This document shows positions 11,390 to 21,390 of a stretch of DNA of 33,299 nucleotides, piece after piece (the first letter of the stretch is position 1; every line of letters starts with the position of its first letter). The position numbers were made by a program, and so were the translations under genes. This stretch comes from Octopus bimaculoides (taxonomy: Eukaryota), in contig NC_068981.1 in NCBI RefSeq assembly GCF_001194135.2, positions 197,519,498 to 197,552,796 of the forward strand, written 5' to 3'. The notes under the pieces are model-generated. The model did not search any database. It was not told where the DNA came from and saw nothing but the letters and a program-made list of their open reading frames with translations.

Positions 11390-12310
11390 CAGGGTGAGTG
11401 GAAAGTAAAGTAGACATTAGAAATTGCTTATAGAATTTTTAGTAGCACTGAAGTCATGACAAAAACGTTTTTTAAACAGACAAGACTAATGGGGATTTTT
11501 TATTTTCTTGTCTTATTGTCTTACTTCTTATTTTCCAGATGTCCGGTGGTTTGATTGTTCGGGAGTGAGCTAAGATAACAGCACGCTATGAAGTGTGGAA
11601 TTCCATTGCTTTGGTTCAGAGATGGTGGCATGCATAGAATGGTAAGCATGCAACACTACGTCCGGAGACAATAAAAAGTTGTCACGTAAAGCTGATGACC
11701 ACGGACTCTGTGAATGATGCAAGAAGTGGCCGTCCTACCACATCCCAATCAGTGGAGATCGTGGCAACAGTGCAGGAAATGTTTAATCGCAGCCCGCAAA
11801 AATCAACACGTGAAGCAGCTCGTGGAAGTGGACTAACAAGATATACACAATACACGTACGGTGTTGCATAAAGAATTGAACTTTCGTCCGTGGAAACCCC
11901 ATTACGTGCAGGAGCTAAAACCTGAAGACTGTGACCGTAGAATGGAATATGGAGAGTTCATACTAGGTTGGGATGAAGATTGACTTGAATTGTTTGAAAA
12001 CATCCTCTGGAGTGACGAGGCTGTATTCCGTGTTGGTGGTTTCATCAATCGTCACAACTGCCATTACTGGGAGTCATGTGATAAGGATCCAAACATGACG
12101 GTTGAGAGAATGACACCAACAAGAGTCTTCGGTCCATATCTTCTGCGTGACACCATGAATACGGACCGCTATCTTCAGATGCTCGAAAATTGCGTGTGGC
12201 CCACGATGTCTGGCTGGGATCACATTGGTAACCTGATATTCATGCAGGATGGTGCACCACGCCATTTTGCTCTTACCATACATGCGTGGTTAGACTAACA
12301 TTTTCCAGGA
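11390..12310 (+). mobile_element. Tc1/mariner-superfamily transposon, degenerate transposase (rosa/DD41D-like motifs), truncated by assembly gap
   Basis: Starts TA|CAGGGTG. Disrupted frame from ATG 11539 with RSGRP, SPQKSTR, WSDEAVFRVGGFINRHNCHYW and MQDGAPRH motifs; stops and deletions present. Third catalytic residue falls in the gap, so family spacing cannot be counted. Confidence 0.85.
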
Positions 12311-12950
12311 NNNNNNNNNNNNNNNNNNNNNNNNNNNNNNNNNNNNNNNNNNNNNNNNNNNNNNNNNNNNNNNNNNNNNNNNNNNNNNNNNNNNNNNNNN
12401 NNNNNNNNNNNNNNNNNNNNNNNNNNNNNNNNNNNNNNNNNNNNNNNNNNNNNNNNNNNNNNNNNNNNNNNNNNNNNNNNNNNNNNNNNNNNNNNNNNNN
12501 NNNNNNNNNNNNNNNNNNNNNNNNNNNNNNNNNNNNNNNNNNNNNNNNNNNNNNNNNNNNNNNNNNNNNNNNNNNNNNNNNNNNNNNNNNNNNNNNNNNN
12601 NNNNNNNNNNNNNNNNNNNNNNNNNNNNNNNNNNNNNNNNNNNNNNNNNNNNNNNNNNNNNNNNNNNNNNNNNNNNNNNNNNNNNNNNNNNNNNNNNNNN
12701 NNNNNNNNNNNNNNNNNNNNNNNNNNNNNNNNNNNNNNNNNNNNNNNNNNNNNNNNNNNNNNNNNNNNNNNNNNNNNNNNNNNNNNNNNNNNNNNNNNNN
12801 NNNNNNNNNNNNNNNNNNNNNNNNNNNNNNNNNNNNNNNNNNNNNNNNNNNNNNNNNNNNNNNNNNNNNNNNNNNNNNNNNNNNNNNNNNNNNNNNNNNN
12901 NNNNNNNNNNNNNNNNNNNNNNNNNNNNNNTATATATATATATATATATA

Positions 12951-13030
12951 TGTTGGGTTGGTGCATAATTATTGCGGCTTTTTTCAACAAATTTTTATTC
13001 AACAAAAACAATAATAACATGTAACAAAAA
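12951..13030. mobile_element. mariner-like terminal fragment
   Basis: TTGGGTTGGTGCATAATTATTGCGG next to a (TA)n tract resembles mariner TIRs (recognition from memory only). Confidence 0.4.
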
Positions 13031-13084
13031 CATCTTTAAATGATTATTCCGGGGCATATTCATCATCTACCTTAATTACTGCTT

Positions 13085-13812
13085 TCCATTTGCTGGCTTT
13101 GATTGATGGATGGGAACTTGAAACGTGAAACAGAAACGTTAATTACAGTCACTTAGGAACAAGCTCTTAGAAGAAATCTAATCAAAGCAAAAATTGGCAA
13201 AACTCAGTCAGATAGCAAATGTAGAATCTGTAGGGAAGGAGACGAGAGTATCAGTCACGTTTTTGTGAGTGCACAAAAAGAATAGACAAACTGACATGAG
13301 TGTATTGACAAAAGAGTGCATTAGGATGTTAGTCGAGTGTGTGGCTTGAAAACAACAGAAAAATAGTATGAATTCGAACCAGAGACTTTGATAGAAAATG
13401 AGAATAACGAAATGTTGTAAGAGTTTGCTACAAAGACTGACCATGGTATTGAGGCAGGAAAACCAGATGTGATTATAGAAGAGAAAATCAACAGTGCAAT
13501 ATCATAGACTTTGCAATTCCCTATGATAGCAGAGTTGATACTAAAGAAATGGGAAAAAAAATGAGAAACATTAGGACCTAGGCAGAGAGATAAAGAGATT
13601 ATAGAAAACTAAGATGACAATTGTCCCTGTAGTAACAGGTGTACTCAGCACAACAACCAAAAGACTACGAAAAGGAGTGAAAGAAATTCGAATTGAAACG
13701 CGCGTTGTCAACATGCAGAAAAGTACCATCCTCTATTTTGTAAGAATCCTAAAAAAAGATTCTTGTGATTTGAGGAGACTTGTTGTCATCAAAGACAAAA
13801 TACTTCCTAACT
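13085..13812 (+). mobile_element. R4/Dong-like non-LTR retrotransposon 3' fragment (CCHC knuckle plus REL endonuclease), degenerate
   Basis: GNLKRETETLIT..EQAL, CRIC..ESISHV..EC, KTDHGIEA.KPDV..IIDFAIPYDSRVD.KE, IVPVVTGVLS..MQKSTIL..RILKK, with frameshifts. Confidence 0.75.
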
Positions 13813-13834
13813 AAATTAGCATGCATTAGCGAAC

Positions 13835-14170
13835 CAGGCTGTCATGGTTTCTGATTTTAACTGATTGGAAGTGCTATCATTACCCTGATGCAGTACCAGG
13901 TAGTGGCACTTATGGCTTCTGATCTTAATTGATTGGAAGCATTATTATGTCCGTTGTTTTTGTCCTGGTATAAAAGATGGGGATTACAGCTAATATTCTG
14001 CTCAATACCACAGATTTGCTTGTCAGTTGTTTGACCTTAACCAGTTGAGCATGTCCCTTGGTGGCTGACGTTATGTGCATCTCTGATCACGAGCAGAAGT
14101 AGTTGGGGAGCATCATAGCCATGTGTTGAGAGGAATTCTTTGGGGTTTGGATAATTCACCATTGGAAACA
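13835..14170. repeat. interspersed repeat with internal ~65-bp duplication, class unassigned
   Basis: ATGG(T/C)TTCTGAT(T/C)TTAA(C/T)TGATTGGAAG occurs at ~13846 and ~13911. The remainder resembles an abundant octopus repeat from memory only. Confidence 0.4.
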
Positions 14171-14252
14171 TTAAGGTGTTTAGTATCAGACGAGTGGTCA
14201 TGGTGGGTATGTTTGTACACGAGCGTCACTTTGATGACGTGCTGCTTTCTCA

Positions 14253-14276
14253 ATAATAATAATAATAATAATAATA

Positions 14277-14333
<57 letters not shown>

Positions 14334-14385
14334 ATGATGATTTATGATAATGATGATGATGGTGATGATGATGATGATGGTGATC
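14253..14385. repeat. compound triplet tract (AAT)n(GAT)n(GGT)n
   Basis: Direct reading. Confidence 0.95.
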
Positions 14386-14390
14386 ATCGT

Positions 14391-14560
14391 TTCTATTATA
14401 GGCACGAGGACTGCAGTGTGTGTGTGTATGGGGGGGGGGTCGTAGAGGTTTAGTGGACAGCGTCGCCTCCTGTGGTTGACCTATTTCATTTATATCGACC
14501 TCAAAACGATGAAAGTGAAGTGGACCTCGGTGAGATTTGAAACTAGAACGTAAACCGTTG
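14391..14560 (-). mobile_element. degenerate SINE of the 3611-3805 family
   Basis: Plus strand ATATCGACCTCAAAACGATGAAAGTGAAGTGGACCTCGGTGAGATTTGAAACTAGAACGTAA aligns with 3715-3770. Confidence 0.55.
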
Positions 14561-15342
14561 GAAATCCCCCCTTTAAAAAAAAAAACAATTATCATTGGCT
14601 GAAGGGCGATGAATGAAAGAACTTTAGAAGAAGAGGTTAAAAGAATCAAAGTGTTGAAGCAGGAATCTGCTGCGAAACTGTGNNNNNNNNNNNNNNNNNN
14701 NNNNNNNNNNNNNNNNNNNNNNNNNNNNNNNNNNNNNNNNNNNNNNNNNNNNNNNNNNNNNNNNNNNNNNNNNNNNNNNNNNNNNNNNNNNNNNNNNNNN
14801 NNNNNNNNNNNNNNNNNNNNNNNNNNNNNNNNNNNNNNNNNNNNNNNNNNNNNNNNNNNNNNNNNNNNNNNNNNNNNNNNNNNNNNNNNNNNNNNNNNNN
14901 NNNNNNNNNNNNNNNNNNNNNNNNNNNNNNNNNNNNNNNNNNNNTTTAGAAAATGGCGGGAAAAAAGGAAACAATCAGTGTTGTTGTTGTTGTTGTTGTT
15001 GTAGTGTGTCGCCTTAATTTCATTTCACCAATCGATCTGGAATAGGAAAAGCCATGTGAACCTCGTTGCCTGATCGATGACTTATTGGAAAATAGCAATA
15101 AGACAGATAACTAAACAATACTGAGTGTTGTTGTTGTTGTTGTGAGGATATTAAATAGATTTACGACCATAATACCTGATTCCATGAGAGAAAAACATCG
15201 AAGCTCAATAATCATATATATAATTTAGAGTATCGATGTGCAAATATATATAGACTTATCACTATGTATATGCATATGTATGTATATAAACGCATTTTTA
15301 TCTATCTACCTACCAACCTTTCTATGTATGTATGTATGTATG

Positions 15343-15377
<35 letters not shown>

Positions 15378-15459
15378 ATACACATGCATCAATATATACA
15401 TATACACATACAAACATTCCCACATCTAAGTATATATCCATATATGCGCCACAATATTC

Positions 15460-15510
<51 letters not shown>

Positions 15511-15535
15511 AGTAGCTATATATGTATCTTTGTAT

Positions 15536-15572
<37 letters not shown>

Positions 15573-15574
15573 CT

Positions 15575-16060
15575 TATATTCGGAAAAAAGACTGTCCTGG
15601 AATAAATATCGATAACATATGCATAATATTCAATATATACATAAACGTCAACACAAGGAATACTGGTGGAACATTCCTATCAAAATTTCTGTCAAATGTA
15701 AGCATAACAAGCCGGATATTGTTATTTGGGACAAGCAAGGAAAAGCACGCGTTGTCATAGAACTCAGCTGCCCTGCTGATGTGGAAATCTCTTCGAAAAT
15801 CGAAGAGAAAGACAATGACTATGGACAACTGTTTCGAAACCTCCAGTTTCTATATCCAGGTTATTAATTCACATTTATACCAATAATAATTGGTACATTT
15901 AGTTTGGTGTGTAAACTGACAATCTGAATAAGCTGGGCTTTTCAGAAAAAGAAGTCAACCAACTAACTCGCACATTACAAATATCATCTGAAGCTTTGTA
16001 TCTTTGTTAGAAAACCAGTTCCGTCTTCAGAGGAAGAATTTAGACAGTCAAAAATAGAAG
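15575..16060 (+). mobile_element. REL-endonuclease non-LTR retrotransposon 3' fragment, copy 1
   Basis: KEYWWNIPIK..CKHNKPDIVIWDKQ..VVIELSCPADVEISSKIEEKDNDYGQLFRNLQFLYPGY, then FIPIIIG (PD..E/D..K motif). Confidence 0.8.
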
Positions 16061-16068
16061 AGAACATA

Positions 16069-16278
16069 CAGTAATACCTCGACTATCGCGGGTGTTACGT
16101 TCCAAATCCCTACCGCCCACGATAGGGGAAAATCCGTGAAATAGAAAGAGTACTGTACTGTATTTTAAAAACTATTTTTACAACTTGTATATATTTATCT
16201 TGTTATAAATGCAAAACAACACCGCAGGGGAATCGGCGTAAGCTTAAATAAAAACCGCAATATGGCGAGGGATTACTG
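16069..16278. mobile_element. pogo/Tigger-type MITE (210 bp)
   Basis: TIRs CAGTAATACCTCGACTATCGCG and CGCAATATGGCGAGGGATTACTG; TA at 16067-16068 on the left. Confidence 0.7.
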
Positions 16279-16570
16279 CACACACATACATGCATACATG
16301 CATAAATACATACATACATATACAATACATGTATGCATGAATGCATGCGCTCATACATACATACGTACATTCATACTTACGTATATACATACTTACATAA
16401 ATACATACGTACATGCATGCATTCATACATACACACATACATACATACATACATGCATGCATGCATGTATACATACATACATGCATGCATGTATAGATAC
16501 ATACATACATGCGTACATACATACATAAATACATGCATAAATGCATGCATATATAAATATACATATATAA
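16279..16570. repeat. degenerate (CATA/CATG)n tract
   Basis: Direct reading. Confidence 0.9.
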
Positions 16571-16574
16571 AAAA

Positions 16575-17065
16575 GAAAACACCAACAGACGAAGTTGACT
16601 CTGTTGAGACCAATGAGTCGAAAAGGCATTGGTGGAACTTAAGAATTAAAACAGCCACCAAGTTAAAACACAACCGATCAGATATTATCGTGTGGGATCA
16701 CATGAAGATATCTTCTGCTGTGGAAATCAGCTGCCGTCTGGACACGAATGTGGATAGAAACATAAAGAAGAGACAGAAGACATCTTGGAGCATTGATAAC
16801 GAGTACCCAGGACACGTTTTCAGCTTCATACCTATTATTATTGAAGCAATACACACCAAACCCGCCTGGAGCAAAATATGGCTGAACTCGAGATCTTGAG
16901 GTGAGAACGCAAGTTCTTAATTCATACGCTACAAATGATCATAATAACTGGGGCTGTAAATGTCTGCAAGACCATTTTGAGGCTTCAAGGATGATGGTTA
17001 AAACGAGACAGTTTTCTTCACAACTTTGCGACCAAATCGGTGAGCGGCGAAAATTTACTCTGAAA
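16575..17065 (+). mobile_element. REL-endonuclease retrotransposon 3' fragment, copy 2
   Basis: HWWNLRIKT..KHNRSDIIVWD..AVEISCRLD..YPGHVFSFIPIIIEA, then TLQMIIITGAVNVCKTIL; homologous to copy 1. Confidence 0.75.
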
Positions 17066-17144
17066 TTAAAATACACACACACACATACACACCCCACACA
17101 CATGAAAACATGCATGCATACGTACAGACATTCATATACTCATT

Positions 17145-17570
17145 TACTCTTTTACTCTTTTACTCTTTTACTCTTTTACTTGTTTCAGTCATTTCACTGC
17201 GGCCATGCTGGAGCACCGCCTTTAATCAAGGAAATCGATCCCAGGACTTATTCCTTGTAAGCCTAGTACTTATTCTATCCGTCTCTTTTACCGAACCGCT
17301 AAGTGACGGGGACATAAACACACCAGCATCGGTTGTCAAGCGATATTGGGGGGACAAACACAGACACACAAACACACACACATGTATATACATATACATA
17401 TATATACGATGTGCTTCTTTCAGTTTCCGTCTACCAAATCCACTCACAAGGCTTTGGTCGGCCCGAGGCTACAGTAGAAGACACTTGCCCAAGGTGCCAC
17501 GCAGTGGGACTGAACCCGGAACCATGTGGTTGGTAAGCAAGCTACTTACCACACAGCCACACCTGCGCCT
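17145..17570 (-). mobile_element. near full-length tRNA-derived SINE (CORE-like centre, internal TG/TA microsatellite, (AAAGAGTA)n tail)
   Basis: Minus strand A box GTGGCTGTGTGG, B box GGTTCAGTCCC, CCTTGGGCAAGTGTCTT segment, tail GCATGGCCGCAGT..TGACTGAAACAAGTAAAAG followed by four 8-mer repeats. Confidence 0.85.
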
Positions 17571-17639
17571 ATTTTAAAACCTTAGCAGATAATATAATAT
17601 ACATACATACATGATAAACAAGAGAAACAAAGATACCAC

Positions 17640-18240
17640 AAAACTCCTACGTTGTGACAGAAAAGGTTGGCTATTCTTTATCAGTGTAGAAGAAGTCATC
17701 CACATCATCAGCAGCTGCCTAGAAGATACTACTTGCCCCGAGGCGTGACGTAGTTGCAGATAATATTTACAATGCTCTCCGCAGAAGAGATTGCCTTGAC
17801 GTATACATCAAAGCCATGTCAGAAGGAGAATGTATTCGCGCCTTTAAAAACAAGGAATATTGGTGAGAAATTTCCAACCAAAACAGTAATTCGGAACAAA
17901 TATAACAGGCTCCATATTGTTGTAGAGGACAAAGAACAAAAGCCATATGCTGTTGTAGAGATCAACTGCCCAGTGGTTGTGAATGTACCATAAATCATCT
18001 CGAAGAAAGAGAACACTTACGGTGAAAGAATATGGATCTTACAGCTCTTGTACTCTGACTACAAATTCCCATTTGTACCTAACACCATAGATGCATCAAG
18101 CAATGTACTCACAAATTAACATAAAAACCTAGAAATACTAGATTGTTCAAAGAAAGGGTAAAAGAAACTGGCGCTGCTTCTCCATATCCGATCTATTAGT
18201 GGTACAGTGAAGTTTTGTAAGACATCCTAAAGATTCTCCA
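17640..18240 (+). mobile_element. REL-endonuclease retrotransposon 3' fragment, copy 3
   Basis: EEVIHIISSC..RRDVVADNIYNALRRRDC, YAVVEINCPVVVN..KKENTYG..LQLLYSDYKFPFVP, SISGTVKFCKT; homologous to copies 1-2. Confidence 0.75.
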
Positions 18241-18479
18241 TCTGAGATGCTTTAGACGAATAGATGAACACACCTGGGTGTATGCCTCGACAGCTCAACC
18301 AACACAGCAACTCAACCACATATTCACAAACACCGGGAATTCTCTTAACTGAAAATGTCTTGTTGCTTTGTTAGCAACTGGTTTGAACTCTCTTTGAGAA
18401 CTTAAATAAACTCAAAGAAAAGTCGTACTTACATACATGCATGCATACATACATACATACATACATACATGCATATATA

Positions 18480-19896
18480 TGACGATAATAATGATAATGG
18501 TAACGCTGGCGTTGATATCAATACTAGAAACGACAGCAATAATAACAGCAATATCACGATCGATTCACCTCATACCACTCCAGCCTCTACCAGCACTGCC
18601 TCATCTCTCTTTCCAGTCAACCATCGTAAAATTGATAACTGCAGCTGCAGATCCGGGATAGACTGCCCGCTGCAAGCCCAATGCAGAAGATTCAACGTCG
18701 TATACCAATGCACCGTTCACAACATAGTAAATAACTCCAGTAGTTACTACATTGGATCTACCACAATCTTAAATAGAGATATTATGCACATTTAAACTCG
18801 TTTAAATATAAAGAGAATAGGAATTCCCTAAGCAGCTACGTACAGCTTCTAATTAATAGAAAAATATAGACTTTCCTGGGTTATAATAGACTCTGGTATC
18901 CCATAACAGGGCCAGCACACCATTTGTGGACTCTGCTTAAAAGAATCCCTCAAAATTTTAACCCATAACTCACCACAATTGCTTAATAGACACAACGAAG
19001 CTTTCACAACATGTAAACACAAATTCTTCCACACTTTTAAATTCTTTCATAGATCTAAATGTAAGTTCACCCCCACGAATAACACCCACATACAAACCTC
19101 CATGATCATTAAATCATTAACACATACCCCTCTATATCTCTTCTATCAACATTACCCCCATCACTTTATAAGATAAGTATTAATTCTTTATTTTAAAACC
19201 TTAACCCAATAAATCCCCTAATATCTAATTCTAACTCTCACCCATAAATAATTTCTCATTCAACTATCTCCTCCATTCTTGACTACCTACACACCCATAA
19301 CCCCATTGCTAAAAATAACTCTACAGCCACTGACCTTAGCCAGAACGGACACAAGCATTTACTACTAGATTTCCTCCCCAACCCCTACAAACTAGAAGAA
19401 TACCACTGGCACTTACCACTCTCTTTAAATTCATTTCATTTTGCTCTATTTTGTTTATTTTTTTATGTTATCTTCCTCTACCTCATCCTCCTCTCTCTTA
19501 TCTTCTTGGTTACCTTACTTCATCCATAAAGCCAATCCTTAAATTCCCCCTCACTCTATCTACCTCTCTTTCTATTTATTTAATTTCTTTTCTTTTTACC
19601 ACCTCCGCTACCATTCTGTTATTGAACGTTGATGTGTTCGCGTATTTTTTCTGGTTGTTTACAATATCAGGACTTTAACCCACATGGAGTTACGCAGGAT
19701 TGCACCTTCTACATGATCAGAAAGTTGAACTGTGAACTTTTATGCTTCTTTTTTCTTCTCTTTCTTCGTCTTATTACTTTAATCCTGTCCTCTATGTCAC
19801 CATTTCATTAATATACACCCTTCTCATTTTCCCGATTTGTCTCCGATGACGGAATATCCCATACTCGGGGATGTCCCAGAAACAGCTGTAAGACTT

Positions 19897-19900
<4 letters not shown>
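18480..19900 (+). mobile_element. 3' fragment of a Penelope-like retroelement: degenerate GIY-YIG endonuclease (~18630-19070), C/T-rich 3' region, terminal hammerhead
   Basis: Across frameshifts and stops: NCSCRSGIDCPLQAQC..NVVYQCTV..YYIGSTT / RYYAHLNSFKYKENRNSLSSYV / SWVII..P*..ICGLCLKESLKIL..LLNRHNEAFTTCKH. This is the Cys-flanked GIY-YIG pattern of PLE endonucleases. Confidence 0.85.
19839..19894 (+). ncRNA. type I hammerhead ribozyme-like motif at the PLE 3' end
   Basis: GUCU-CCGAUGA-C-GGAAUAUCCC(loop)GGGAUGUCCC-A-GAAAC-AGCU-GUA-AGAC. Perfect stem I, long stem II, core differs from CUGAUGA by one base (U4C). Followed by (TAA)n. Confidence 0.7.
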
Positions 19901-19940
<40 letters not shown>

Positions 19941-20165
19941 TATAATAATAATAATAATAATAATAACAACGTATTTGACTTGAGATGTTTGCCTCACCTT
20001 AACGATTGTTGTCCTCTTTAACAATTATATATCTGCTATATCGAAAATCTGCAATGGCTCCATAACTACCGTCTCGACTATAACCTCGGAGCCCTGGTAA
20101 TCCATTACAGCGCTTACCTAGCGTACCTAATCGTTTAGATCATCTGTGAACCAAACCTCATATTT

Positions 20166-20202
<37 letters not shown>

Positions 20203-20607
20203 TCATGAATATGTAATACACACCCACACCCATCAACACACATTTAATATACAGGCGCGCGCATATACTAAAATACAAGAATCCTGATAAAGGGAAAGCA
20301 AAGAACATAAATACCAGAAAAAGTATAAAAAATAAAAATAGAAACAGAGCAAAATAAAAGTAAAATGTAAAAAAATGATTTTAAAAAAAATGCCAAACTA
20401 TTTGTGAGATGAATTAATGGCGAGTATTGTTTGTCGAAATGGAATATGAAGTTAGCTTCGAAATGAGATAATATTAACTTAGCAACGGTAATTAGAGAGA
20501 CTGGACTCGGTTAGCAACCGGTGAGTTAATTGGTCGGAGCTGAAGTTGCTACGGCTGTCAGAATGTCATTAGATCTCGGTGACATGTTTTATTATAAACT
20601 TTATTGG

Positions 20608-20659
<52 letters not shown>

Positions 20660-20772
20660 GCCTGTTGCTGTGTGAACATGATTCTGTGTGTGTGTGTGCG
20701 TATGATTGTGTGTGTTATTCTGTAATTGTGTGAAACCGTGTGTTTGTATGTGATTGTGCATGTAACTTTGTA

Positions 20773-20856
<84 letters not shown>

Positions 20857-21124
20857 TCTATATGTGTTAGTGTGTGTGTGTGTTTGTGTTTGCTGTGGTT
20901 GTTTAATACCAGGTCAGCCCTGATTTAAGCTCCATTCGTGCCCACCCCGTCTGTTACATATCTCACATACGTTGCAGGACATTCTCTTCGTCAGTTGTCA
21001 ATCGAAGACCATAATTATTTCAGCATCTTGCCGCAGTATCTCTCCTCCCCTGTTGTGGTGCTGAGTAACATTTGATGGCACCAAGGAAAATCCAGGTTCT
21101 TTTGGTCTACATTGTCTTTATCAC

Positions 21125-21125
<1 letters not shown>

Positions 21126-21155
<30 letters not shown>

Positions 21156-21222
21156 CTTCTTCTTCTTCTTCTTCTTCTTCTTCTTCTTCTTCTTCTTCTT
21201 CCTCCTCCTCCTCCTCCTCCCC
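21126..21222. repeat. (CTT)n(CCT)n pyrimidine tract
   Basis: Direct reading. Confidence 0.95.
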
Positions 21223-21259
21223 GTCTTCTCCGTCGTCCTCCACTTCCTTCGCAAAAGAG

Positions 21260-21390
21260 ACTGATAGAATAAATACCAGGCTTGAAAAATAAGTCCTTGG
21301 GTCGGGGAAGGTCGATTCATTCGACAGAGACATTCTTCAAGGCAGCGGTGCCACAGTATGGCCGCAGTCTAATGACTGAAACGATGTAAG
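21260..21390 (+). mobile_element. 3' part of the same SINE family
   Basis: GATAGAATAAATACCAGGCTT..AATAAGTCC..ATGGCCGCAGTCTAATGACTGAAAC matches the reverse complement of 17175-17285. Confidence 0.65.

Noticed and set aside
17500-17570. tRNA gene candidate (also 27660-27714)
   Set aside because: A and B boxes continue into SINE bodies and no cloverleaf with acceptor stem forms; these are SINE heads.
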